Shown one piece after another: positions 8,827 to 17,531 of a stretch of 28,400 nt of DNA (position 1 is the stretch's first letter; every line of letters begins with the position of its first letter). The DNA is taken from positions 1-28,400 of the forward strand of contig JACDDK010000001.1 in NCBI GenBank assembly GCA_013817025.1. The letters run 5' to 3'. Under the pieces are notes generated by a model. It was not told the origin of the DNA and made no database searches. It worked only from the letters and a program-made list of their open reading frames with translations. The position numbers and the translations under genes were made by a program. Source of the DNA: Rubrobacter sp. GTDB taxonomy: Bacteria; Actinomycetota; Rubrobacteria; Rubrobacterales; Rubrobacteraceae.

Positions 8827-8892
8827 ATAAATTTACTCTATCGTGAACATCAACGCAAATGATTGGACTTATGACAGGGAGGCGTTTAATGT
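8827..8892 (+). promoter_or_regulatory. Tandem LysR T-N11-A boxes plus a sigma70-like promoter
   Basis: ATAA-N7-CTAT (8827-8841) and ATCA-N7-TGAT (8849-8863) have centres 22 bp apart. They are followed by TGGACT (8864-8869)-N17-TAATGT (8887-8892). Confidence 0.7.
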
Positions 8893-8932
8893 TCTTGTTA
8901 CGGTAGAGACGAGCAAAGGGAAAGGGGTAGAT

Positions 8933-9136
8933 ATGATTCCGGTTCAGTATAGGGACTCGCAGACGGAGGAGATTCTGGAGCGTCGTTACGAGGAGTCGGC
9001 GCCGGTGAATGGGTCGCGGGTGCGGATCGGCTTTGTGGAGTTCGACGTGTTGTATCGTTGGCGGTGCGTGCCGACGTGTTGCATCGTCTACGTGAGGCGG
9101 ACTGCCGTGAAGGACCGCGAGCGTCTGGCCGCTTGA
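8933..9136 (+). CDS. 67-aa hypothetical protein with a CVPTCC motif, first gene after the LysR-divergent promoter
   Basis: ATG 8933 has a purine-rich RBS (GGAAAGGGG) and lies downstream of the predicted promoter. The 8843 start would overlap the LysR boxes. Confidence 0.7.
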   Translation: MIPVQYRDSQTEEILERRYEESAPVNGSRVRIGFVEFDVLYRWRCVPTCCIVYVRRTAVKDRERLAA

Positions 9137-9232
9137 GGGCGGAAGGGAAGACGGCACGGGGCTCCGAGCGGAGAGTACGGTTGCTTGCTAGAGTTTGATT
9201 TTGGCGAGTAGCTATAGGAGAGGAGCCCGTTT

Positions 9233-10852
9233 ATGACGCAGGCGCAATCGGAGACGCATAAATTTGGCGAGGGGGTCGAAATTCAGGCCCGCATCACCGA
9301 CGAGCACCGGGAGATCGTCTCGGACGAGGCGGTGGCGTTCGTGGCGACGCTGACCCGCGAGTTTGGCGGCAGGGTCGAAGAGATCCTTCAGAGGCGCCAG
9401 GAGCGCCAGGAGCGTTTCGACGCGGGCGAGGCGCCGGGTTTTCTAGAAGAGACGAAGGACGTTCGGGAAGGTGATTGGCGGGTCGCGCCGGTGCCGGCGG
9501 ACCTTCGCGAGCGTCGAGTCGAGATCACCGGCCCGCCGGACCGCAAGATGGCGATCAACGCCCTCAACTCGGGAGCGAAGATTTACCTGACGGACTTCGA
9601 GGACGCGAACTGCCCGACGTGGCGCAACATGCTCGACAGCCAGTTGAACCTGCGCGACGCCATAAAGCGGGACATCGCCTTCGACGACCCGAAGACCGGC
9701 AAGCACTACGAACTAAACGACGAGGTGGCGGTCCTGATCGCCCGCCCCCGAGGCTGGCATCTGGTGGAGAAGCACATGCTCGTGGACGGCAAGCCGGTCC
9801 CGGCGGGTATCTTCGACTTCGGCCTGTACTTCTTCCACAACGCTAAGCGGCTGCTCGAAAACGGTTCCGGCCCGTACTTCTACCTGCCGAAGATGGAGAG
9901 CCACCTCGAAGCGAGGCTCTGGAACGACGTGTTCGTGATGGCTCAGGACGAGTTGGGAATTCCGCAGGGGACCATCAAGGCGACGGTACTGATAGAGACC
10001 TTCCCGGCGGCGTTCGAGATGGAGGAGATCCTCTACGAGTTACGCGAGCATTCGGCGGGCTTGAACGCTGGTCGGTGGGACTACATCTTCAGCTACATCA
10101 AGACTTTCCGCAATTGGGAGGACCGCGTTTTGCCGGACCGCGCGTCGGTGACGATGACCGTGCCGTTCATGCGGGCCTATACGCAGCTACTCATAAAGAG
10201 CTGCCACCGGCGGGGGGCGCACGCCATAGGTGGTATGGCCGCCCAGATCCCGGTCCCCAACGACCCGGAGGCCAACGAGCAGGCTTTCGAGAAGGTCCGC
10301 CAGGACAAGCAGCGCGAGGCCGAGGACGGCTGCGACGGCACCTGGGTCGCGCACCCCAGCATGGTCCACATCGCCAAAGACGTCTTCGACGAGATCATGC
10401 CGCAGGACAACCAGCTCGATAAGCAGCGCGAGGACGTGAGCGTTACCGCCGAGCAGTTGAGCGAGCCCTGCGACGGCGACGTCACCGAGGCCGGGCTTCG
10501 CAACAACGTGAGCGCCGGGGTGCAGTACATCGCGGCCTGGTTGGCCGGTAGGGGAGCGGTACCGGTGTTCAACCTGATGGAAGATGCGGCGACGGCGGAG
10601 ATCAGCCGGGCTCAGGTGTGGCAGTGGATCCACAACCCCGGTGGTGTGCTGGACGATGGTCGCGAGGTGACGGTGGACCTCTTCCGCCAGATCCTACGCG
10701 AAGAGATGGACCGTATGCCGGAGATAGTCGACCACGAGCGTACCAAGAACGACCGCTTCGAGGAAGCCGCCGAGCTATTCGATCGCATCTCCACCAGCGA
10801 CGAGTTCGTCGACTTCCTGACCCTGCCCGGATACGAAATCCTGGAGAAGTAA
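9233..10852 (+). CDS. aceB: Malate synthase A
   Basis: [51 protein letters not shown] motifs; 539 aa; RBS GGAGAGGAG. Confidence 0.97.
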   Translation: MTQAQSETHKFGEGVEIQARITDEHREIVSDEAVAFVATLTREFGGRVEEILQRRQERQERFDAGEAPGFLEETKDVREGDWRVAPVPADLRERRVEITGPPDRKMAINALNSGAKIYLTDFEDANCPTWRNMLDSQLNLRDAIKRDIAFDDPKTGKHYELNDEVAVLIARPRGWHLVEKHMLVDGKPVPAGIFDFGLYFFHNAKRLLENGSGPYFYLPKMESHLEARLWNDVFVMAQDELGIPQGTIKATVLIETFPAAFEMEEILYELREHSAGLNAGRWDYIFSYIKTFRNWEDRVLPDRASVTMTVPFMRAYTQLLIKSCHRRGAHAIGGMAAQIPVPNDPEANEQAFEKVRQDKQREAEDGCDGTWVAHPSMVHIAKDVFDEIMPQDNQLDKQREDVSVTAEQLSEPCDGDVTEAGLRNNVSAGVQYIAAWLAGRGAVPVFNLMEDAATAEISRAQVWQWIHNPGGVLDDGREVTVDLFRQILREEMDRMPEIVDHERTKNDRFEEAAELFDRISTSDEFVDFLTLPGYEILEK

Positions 10853-10999
10853 AAATCATCCACCCATCAACAAACAAGTACGGAACCGGCGGCCTCTTCG
10901 TAGTCCGGCTGTCGGTACCCGTTCTGCTCCCCCGGAGCGTGGGTCACGTACCCTGACGCACCCGCCAGCGGCGAAGCCAATGGCGAGGTGCGCGCTCGT

Positions 11000-11048
11000 T
11001 CCGCATATATATGACTCACATAGATGCGGATTGCAATTCAGGTAGGTT
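11000..11048 (+). promoter_or_regulatory. aceA upstream dyad containing a LysR-type box and the shared TTGCAA motif
   Basis: TCCGCAT...ATGCGGA (11000-11030) encloses TATG-N5-CATA (T11010-N11-A11022). TTGCAATTCAGGTAGGTT follows directly (11031-11048). Confidence 0.65.
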
Positions 11049-11069
11049 CTTTCGAGAAAGGATGTTGGG

Positions 11070-12413
11070 ATGACGAACGGCAAGAACGGTGATGCGGTCG
11101 GGGAGATCCAGCGCAGTTGGGAAGGGTCGCGTTGGGACGGGATAGAGCGTCCGTACAGCGCCGAGGAAGTGGCGCGGCTGCGGGGTTCGGTCGTCGTCGA
11201 GCACACGCTGGCACGGCTGGGGGCGGAGCGGCTGTGGAAGTTGATGCACGAGCGGCCATACGTCAAGAGCCTTGGGGCGCTCACGGGGAATCAGGCGGTG
11301 CAGCAGGTCAAGGCCGGGTTGGAGGCGATCTATCTGTCCGGGTGGCAGGTTGCGGCGGATGCCAACCTCGCGGGTGAGATGTATCCCGATCAGAGCCTGT
11401 ATCCGGTCAACAGCGTGCCGAGCGTGGTGCAGCGGATCAACCAGGCGCTGCAACGAGCCGATCAGATCCACCACTCAGAGGGCAAGAACGGCATCAACTG
11501 GTTCGCCCCGATCATGGCCGACGCCGAGGCCGGGTTCGGCGGTGCCCTGAACGTCTTCGAGCTGATGAAGTCCATGATCGAAGCCGGTGCCGCCGGTGTC
11601 CACTTCGAGGACCAACTCTCCTCGGAGAAGAAGTGCGGCCACATGGGCGGCAAGGTGCTGCTCCCGACCTCGCAGGGTATAAGGAACCTGATCTCGGCTC
11701 GCCTCGCCGCAGACGTGCTTGGCGTTCCGACCGTCATCATGGCGCGCACCGACGCCGACGCCGCGAACCTCATAACCTCGGACATAGACCCAACCGACGA
11801 GCCGTTCCTCACCGGCGAGCGCACCGCCGAAGGCTTCTATCGCTGCAAGCCCGGCCTCGATTACGCCATAGCCCGCAGCCTCGCCTACGCGCCCTACGCC
11901 GACGTGGTGTGGTGCGAGACCTCGGAGCCGAACATCGAAGAGGCGCGCGAGTTCGCCGAGGCCATCCACGAGCAGTTCCCTGGTAAGCTCCTCGGCTACA
12001 ACTGCTCGCCGTCGTTCAACTGGAAGCTCAAGCTCTCCGACGACGACATCGCCACCTTCCAGGAGCAACTCGGCGAGATGGGCTACAAGTTCCAGTTCAT
12101 CACCCTCGCCGGTTTCCACTCCCTAAACTACTCCATGTTCGAGCTCGCCCAGGGCTACCGCGACCGGGGAATGGCCGCCTACACCGAGCTACAGCAGGCC
12201 GAGTTCGACGCCGAGAAGGACGGCTACACCGCCACCAAGCACCAGCGTGAAGTCGGCGCGGGCTACTTCGACGAAGTCGCCCAGGTCATAGCCGGTGGCG
12301 TCTCGAGCACCACCGCCCTCACGGGCTCCACGGAGGAAGAGCAGTTCTACACCGCCGAAAATCCGAACACGAGGCTCCCCGGCTCCACCGAGAACGAGCA
12401 GTTCGTGAAGTAG
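11070..12413 (+). CDS. aceA: Isocitrate lyase
   Basis: Catalytic [47 protein letters not shown]. Confidence 0.98.
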   Translation: MTNGKNGDAVGEIQRSWEGSRWDGIERPYSAEEVARLRGSVVVEHTLARLGAERLWKLMHERPYVKSLGALTGNQAVQQVKAGLEAIYLSGWQVAADANLAGEMYPDQSLYPVNSVPSVVQRINQALQRADQIHHSEGKNGINWFAPIMADAEAGFGGALNVFELMKSMIEAGAAGVHFEDQLSSEKKCGHMGGKVLLPTSQGIRNLISARLAADVLGVPTVIMARTDADAANLITSDIDPTDEPFLTGERTAEGFYRCKPGLDYAIARSLAYAPYADVVWCETSEPNIEEAREFAEAIHEQFPGKLLGYNCSPSFNWKLKLSDDDIATFQEQLGEMGYKFQFITLAGFHSLNYSMFELAQGYRDRGMAAYTELQQAEFDAEKDGYTATKHQREVGAGYFDEVAQVIAGGVSSTTALTGSTEEEQFYTAENPNTRLPGSTENEQFVK

Positions 12414-12443
12414 GCTTCGGGCAACAGGTTTCGAGTATCAGGG

Positions 12444-12475
12444 GAGGGGCCGGTTCGCCGGTCCCTCTTTGTTTT
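12444..12475 (+). terminator. Intrinsic terminator after aceA
   Basis: GAGGGGCCGG-TTCG-CCGGTCCCTC stem followed by TTTGTTTT. Confidence 0.85.
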
Positions 12476-12501
12476 GCACCGCGAACGGTAGCGGGAACTG
12501 T

Positions 12502-12669
12502 GTCAGGACGCAGCACGACGAGCCAGCGCTCGCCATCGCCCGCATCCGACCTGGTGAGGAGTCCGTCTTCGGTGTCCCAGTCCTCGAAGCTCGTAGGATT
12601 CCTATGGACGCCGACCGCAAGGTGGATGACGGTGAGATCGAAAGCTTCGGCGCCAATCGCGACAAGTAA
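12502..12669 (+). pseudogene. Possible 3' remnant of an unidentified gene
   Basis: The frame of ORF 12469-12669 has many G/C-ending codons but no credible start (the listed start is in the terminator U-tract). No family recognised. Confidence 0.2.
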
Positions 12670-12774
12670 GCAAACCTCCAGCACATCGTGAACCCAGGGC
12701 CGGGGTGCGATAGCCTCGGCCCTTCTTTATGGTCCTTGTTTCGGTGGGCGAGACCCCTTGCCAAAACAAAGCAT

Positions 12775-12780
12775 TACAAT
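12775..12780 (+). promoter_or_regulatory. -10 box TACAAT for a probable leaderless transcript
   Basis: TACAAT lies 6 nt before GTG 12787; no Shine-Dalgarno is present. Confidence 0.5.
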
Positions 12781-12786
12781 ATGGCG

Positions 12787-13089
12787 GTGAGCTTGAAGAG
12801 TAGACAGGAAAGGCTGTTGCCGAGCGGGGTTCCGCTCTACGTCTGACTCTACGATACCGGCGGCGGGACCGCCGAACGATATACGATGGTGTTTACGGGG
12901 CTCTTCGACGGGAGGAAGCCCGGTGAGTATACGTACCTTTCCATGAGCGACGACGGTTCGGAGGATGCTGAGTTACGGACAGGCGTTCCGCCCTACGAGT
13001 GGATGGGGCGTGAGATTTCCTTTGACGGATTGCCGGAGGCGTGCCGGGAGCGGGTGCTCGGCGTTTACCGGAAACTGTGGGGTTTGTAG
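12787..13089 (+). pseudogene. About 100-aa gene interrupted by an in-frame TGA at 12844-12846 (nonsense mutation or recoding)
   Basis: The frame of ORF 12886-13089 extends upstream: MSLKSRQERLLPSGVPLYV*LYDTGGGTAERYTMVFTG...RKLWGL. Confidence 0.7.
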
Positions 13090-13100
13090 ACTCTGGCGTG

Positions 13101-13130
13101 TTGAAGTTTCTAGCGCCCTGTGGTGATAAT
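13101..13130 (+). promoter_or_regulatory. Candidate promoter for the 717-aa membrane gene
   Basis: TTGAAG (13101-13106)-N18-GATAAT (13125-13130). Confidence 0.3.
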
Positions 13131-13234
13131 GCCCCCGACTTCGTGACCTGCGGATACGACCTCGGGGAGATGGATGGCGCGGAAGAGAGGCTCCGGGCCG
13201 GACGCATCGGGATGGAGAGGAATGTTGAAGCTCC

Positions 13235-15388
13235 GTGAAGCGCGGGATGTCTAGGGTGCCGTTCATGGTAGAAGCTGGCTCCAAGAAAAAGGGGTCGTCG
13301 GCTCTTCTCCGGTCACCGGACTTTCTGATAGTCGCAGCGGGGCTCCTGGCGACGGTTCTGTTGCTGCCGCCGCTGCGGGGAATCCTCGCCGGGGCACCGC
13401 TCGTAGCGTTCCTGAGCGTGATGGTGTTGTTCCTCGTGCCGGGCTGTCTCGGGGCGCGGTGGTTGCTCGGGGAGCACGTCCGGGGGTTGGCGATTTTGCC
13501 GGCGGGGTTCGCGCTTAGTACGGGTATCTTTGCGTTTTTAGGTGTGCCGATGATGATGCTGGGAATCGGCATGACAGTTTATCTGTTCGCTTGCGTGTTG
13601 GTTGTCGGGGTGTCGATGGGGGCCGGGTTGGCGGCGGCTTCGCGGGGCGACGGGGCGGCGGAGATCCGGTATGGGGAGTCGGCCGGGGTTTTGTGGGTTC
13701 CTTTCGGGATTTTGGCGGCGGGGCTGGTGCTTGTTGGGCGATTGAAGACGCCGAACGTCTACGATGATATGTGGGTTTATCTGTCTTATGTAAGAGAGTT
13801 TATCGGGAGCGAGCATCTGGCGCGGTTCGAGCCGTATTTCGGTGGACCCACGGGGTTGTCGCGGTTGAAGATCAACGGCTGGTTGCTGGAGCAGGCCGCG
13901 CTCTCTCAAGTCTCGGGCCTGGATCCCGTCGAGATGGTGATCTGGTACTTGAACCCCGCCTTGGTGGTGGTATGCCTCGTGGCGATCTACGCTCTGGCGC
14001 GGGTGCTGTTCGAGAGCGAGACCGCCGGAGTACTGGCCGGATGTCTGTGCGCAGTGTACTTCTCGACGCACCTCGGCGCGTCGGTGATGCAGCCGGGCAG
14101 CGAGTTCGCCGCCCGGCTGGCCGAAGACAAGTATGCTGCCCGTTTCTTGTTTCTGCCGGTGGCCCTGATGGCGGCGGCACTCTTCGCGCGGCACCGGAAG
14201 AAGGCTTATCTGCTGTTCTTCGGGTGCGTGTGCTGGGCTGTCGTGGGCGTGCACCCGATAGGGTATGCGATCTTGGGCCTGGCGTTGGCGGGGTTCGGCG
14301 TCGTCTATCTCGTGACGCACCTGCGGGAGAGGGCGGCCTGGTTTAGCATTGCGGCGCTCGGGGCTACGGGGGCGAGTATCGTAGCGTTGCCGCTGTTGCT
14401 CGTCCCGGCTACGGGTACTCCTCTGGCGGATCTGTTGCGGGCCTCGGACATAAGCTCGGGGGACCCGAGGGTGATCGCAAACATGGTCTTCGTGCGGCCC
14501 GAGCGCGAGAAGCTCTGGGAGTTCGCGGACGGCTCGTACGTCATGCACCCGGCCTTGATCTTCGAGGATCAGGTCGTCATGGCGGCGTTCGTGATCGGGG
14601 TCCCGTTCCTTCTCTGGCGCGTGCGCCGCAGCCTCGCCGCCCAATTCCTGCTGGGTATGCTCCTACTCTCGACCGTCGTGGTCTACGTCCCGCGGATTGC
14701 CACGTTCGTCGGCGATAACCTGGTGCTGCCCTGGCAGATACACCGCCTAGCCTGGGTCCTGCACCTCTCCGCGCTGCTGACGATCTGCTTTCTGATCTGG
14801 GAGATCATCCGCTTCGTAATGAACCGTCTGCAAAGCTTCCGGGGAGCGCGGCGTGTCGCTCCCTTCCTACCAACTCTTGTCGTGGTCTCGCTGATGGCGC
14901 TCGCCGTACCACCGGCGATGGCCGGCGCATTCGAATCCTCGCAGAGCAACCGAATGCCGCCGGAGAACCTCGGGATCGGGTTCGACCCCATCTACCCCTG
15001 GCTGCGCGACAACGTCGACGAGCCGAGTGTCCTGATGGCCCCGGACGTAACCAACACCATAATCCCGGCTTGGTCCGCGAACGCCAACGTCATCTCTTTG
15101 CGCGGAGGCCTGCTATTCCCCGTTTTAGAGAAACTCCAGGCGCGCACGAACAACGCCATACAACCCCCCGAAGGCTCCCTCGCCGTCTTTGCGTTCTACC
15201 ACATCACCCCCGACCCGCGAGACAAACTAGAACTCCTGCGCCGCCACGACGCCGACTACGTGATGGTCATAGAAGGCTCCCGAGTCGAAGAAAGACTCCA
15301 AGACATCCCCGGCGTCACACCCATCAAAACCCCACCCAGCAGCCGCTACAACCTCTACGACGTGGACCAAAAACGCATCGGCGGATAA
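13235..15388 (+). CDS. Large polytopic membrane protein, GT-C glycosyltransferase-like architecture
   Basis: Many TM segments, an acidic DD pair in the first large loop (PNVYDDMW) and a soluble C-terminal domain with a DYVMV motif. The true start may be 13247 or 13265. Confidence 0.8.
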   Translation: MKRGMSRVPFMVEAGSKKKGSSALLRSPDFLIVAAGLLATVLLLPPLRGILAGAPLVAFLSVMVLFLVPGCLGARWLLGEHVRGLAILPAGFALSTGIFAFLGVPMMMLGIGMTVYLFACVLVVGVSMGAGLAAASRGDGAAEIRYGESAGVLWVPFGILAAGLVLVGRLKTPNVYDDMWVYLSYVREFIGSEHLARFEPYFGGPTGLSRLKINGWLLEQAALSQVSGLDPVEMVIWYLNPALVVVCLVAIYALARVLFESETAGVLAGCLCAVYFSTHLGASVMQPGSEFAARLAEDKYAARFLFLPVALMAAALFARHRKKAYLLFFGCVCWAVVGVHPIGYAILGLALAGFGVVYLVTHLRERAAWFSIAALGATGASIVALPLLLVPATGTPLADLLRASDISSGDPRVIANMVFVRPEREKLWEFADGSYVMHPALIFEDQVVMAAFVIGVPFLLWRVRRSLAAQFLLGMLLLSTVVVYVPRIATFVGDNLVLPWQIHRLAWVLHLSALLTICFLIWEIIRFVMNRLQSFRGARRVAPFLPTLVVVSLMALAVPPAMAGAFESSQSNRMPPENLGIGFDPIYPWLRDNVDEPSVLMAPDVTNTIIPAWSANANVISLRGGLLFPVLEKLQARTNNAIQPPEGSLAVFAFYHITPDPRDKLELLRRHDADYVMVIEGSRVEERLQDIPGVTPIKTPPSSRYNLYDVDQKRIGG

Positions 15389-15395
15389 AAGATGC

Positions 15396-15430
15396 AGCCA
15401 TAGGCGATCAGCCGTCAGCTAAAAGCTACT
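15396..15430 (+). repeat. Five degenerate tandem heptamers (AGCYRTC-like)
   Basis: AGCCATA GGCGATC AGCCGTC AGCTAAA AGCTACT between convergent genes. Confidence 0.5.
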
Positions 15431-17082
15431 GACGTGGTGCGACGATCACCTCGGTATCGTTCTCGTAGGCCACCCGGTATAGGTCCTCCCGCGCCGCGAA
15501 GGCTCGCCAGTCGGTAACCGAGCTGTCCTTGTGCAGCACGATGTAGCGGATGTCGTACTTCTCGATGATGTTCCGGGAGCGGTCGCCATCCGGGTGAACC
15601 AGCAGCCATCGGGCGTCCCACAGCGGCTGCGCGCCGGTGGGGGGGAGGGACCGTACGAGCCGGATGCGCTCCTCCTTGTACGTCTGAAGCTCGGTGTAGC
15701 CGCCCATCGCCAGCACCGCCCGCACGGGGATGCCCTCGATGTACGCTGGCGAGACGATGTTGCCGCCTTCGTTGTGTCCGCAGCCACTCGCCCGCCGCCG
15801 CGAGCTGTGGCGTGAGCATCGGTTGACCCGTGGGCCTTGCCGCCGCTCGCAGGTTCTCGGTGGCCTGCACCCCTACCACCAGCGTCGCCGTAGCCGCTAC
15901 GGCCAGCCCCGCGCCGAGCACGACGGGCCTCGCCCATCCGGACGGGTTTCGGGCTAGGAGAGCCCGGACCGCCGTTATTAGGGCGGCGAGCAGGGCGAGG
16001 GGGATGCTGAGATCCTGCTCGAAGCGTTGGGGGAAGCCGCTCTGGGCGGTGCGGCTTCCGGCGAAGAGGATGCCCGCCCACAACAGCAGCGTGAATACTC
16101 CGATGAGTTCCAGCCACAGCACCGGATGCGACATCGTATCCGGCAGGTGCGAGAGCTTCAGCGGCGGCTGCGTACCAACAGCCTGGGAGACAGTGGTCCC
16201 CCCGCACCGCCCTCGGACTCGGACAGCAGGCCGGCAAGCAGGCGTCCGAGGTCGTAAGTATCCTAGGCGTAGAGGACCGAGAATCCGCCGAGCAGACCCA
16301 AAGAAAGCAGCAGCGTCACGCCCAATCGGCGCTCGCACAGCAGCAGATACGGCAGAAAAAGCACGCTCACCGAAGCCAGCAGCAGCACCGTGTACAGGCT
16401 CCCGATCGGATGGCACAATACGACCGACGAGCCGAGCACCGCGAACGCGACGCCCGTTCGGACGGAGGATGCGGCGTACAATCCTACGAGGGCGGCGATT
16501 GCGAGGACCATCAAGAACTCGGCGGAGACGAAGTTCGGGTAGCGGCCTTCGGCGAAGTTGCTGTAGGTGCCGCCGAGGAGTAGGCCCGCGAACAGAGCGG
16601 CGGTGACGCCGTAGCCCCAGCCCCAGAGTCGTTTGGCCAGAGCGTACAGCGCCAGGCACGACAGGACCAGAAACGCGGGAGCGAGGACCGGGAGATTTCC
16701 AACGGTCGCAGCCCGCTCAGGCGCGAGATACATGCGGTGACCGTATAAAATCCTGGCGGATAGACTAGGTAGCGCTCATAAGCCCCCGACGAGAGCATCT
16801 CGTTCGCCATCACCCCGTGATTGAATTGGTCCGTGCCGCGCAAAAAGGCCAGTCGTGCAACACCGGCCCCAGATAACCCCTCGCAAGCACCGCGAGCAAG
16901 ATCACTGGCAACACGAGCCCGCGCAACACCCGTACGGCGGCGCTCACCGGAACCTCGGGCCCCTCCGACGACGGGGCGCTCGGACCTTCGATCAGATAGG
17001 CGGCTCCAACGAGCGTCGCCGAAACGATCAGCGGAATCGCCGCATTTTCCGGTGAGATCACCCTCAGTAGTACCGCCGCTAC
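15426..17082 (-). pseudogene. Second GT-C-like membrane protein gene with four frameshifts and one nonsense codon; 5' end unclear
   Basis: Fragments join into one protein: ...HDWPF/RGTDQFNH...YPPGF...LSGLRPLEI/PVLAP...EGRYPN...HPIGS...VLYA*DTYDLG...G/TTVSQ...GEWLR/HNEGGNI...YDIRYIVL. Lesions at about 16844, 16693, 16263-16265 (TAG), 16198-16203 and 15775. Confidence 0.85.
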
Positions 17083-17104
17083 GTGCGGAGGATCGAGGTG
17101 GGAG

Positions 17105-17466
17105 ATGTCGAGCCGCGTCCCCTGCCCGGCGTGCGGGAGGACTCGTTGCCGTCCATGAAGTCGATGGAGTCCATGCGGACCGCTGAGACCGTGAGCGGTG
17201 TGACCGGTGAAGCCGAGGCTCGGGATGTGCAGGAAGACATGCCCCTCGAAGACATCATGCCGCAGAGTGCCGAGAGCGCAGCGAACGACCTCGCGGCCAG
17301 GGTTACGGAGGATACCGGGGGCAGCGGAGACCCGTACGAACACGCCTCGGGCAAGGCCGACGAGTTGGCGCGGCAAATGACCGACGATACGGACGCCGAC
17401 GGCGACATGAACCTGTACGCGGATCGCAAGGTGGAAGGGATGAAAGAAGATCTCGCCCAGGATTAG
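17105..17466 (+). pseudogene. Small acidic protein with N-terminal CxxC, apparently frameshifted at 17135-17137
   Basis: Strong RBS before ATG 17105 (MSSRVPCPACG). One extra G in the G-run joins it to EDSLPSMKSME...DLAQD of the 17083-17466 frame. Confidence 0.55.
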
Positions 17467-17480
17467 GCTAATCGAAACCG

Positions 17481-17501
17481 CGCCGTCAGCCGTCGGCGAA
17501 G
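17481..17501 (+). repeat. Degenerate heptamer repeat
   Basis: CGCCGTC AGCCGTC GGCGAAG between convergent genes. Confidence 0.4.
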
Positions 17502-17531
17502 CCCGCTAGGATCACGAGGTCCTCGGAACCG

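Noticed and set aside
8843-8932. Longer 97-aa version of the ORF before aceB
   Set aside because: GTG 8843 lies among the LysR boxes, upstream of the predicted promoter, and lacks an RBS.
10878-10918. Possible terminator after aceB (GTACGGA-ACCGG...CCGG-CTG-TCGGTAC)
   Set aside because: The stem needs several bulges and has no U-tract; too weak to call.
12319-12764. Alternative ORFs around 12.4-12.8 kb on both strands
   Set aside because: They cross the aceA terminator or lack a start context, and none has recognisable motifs.
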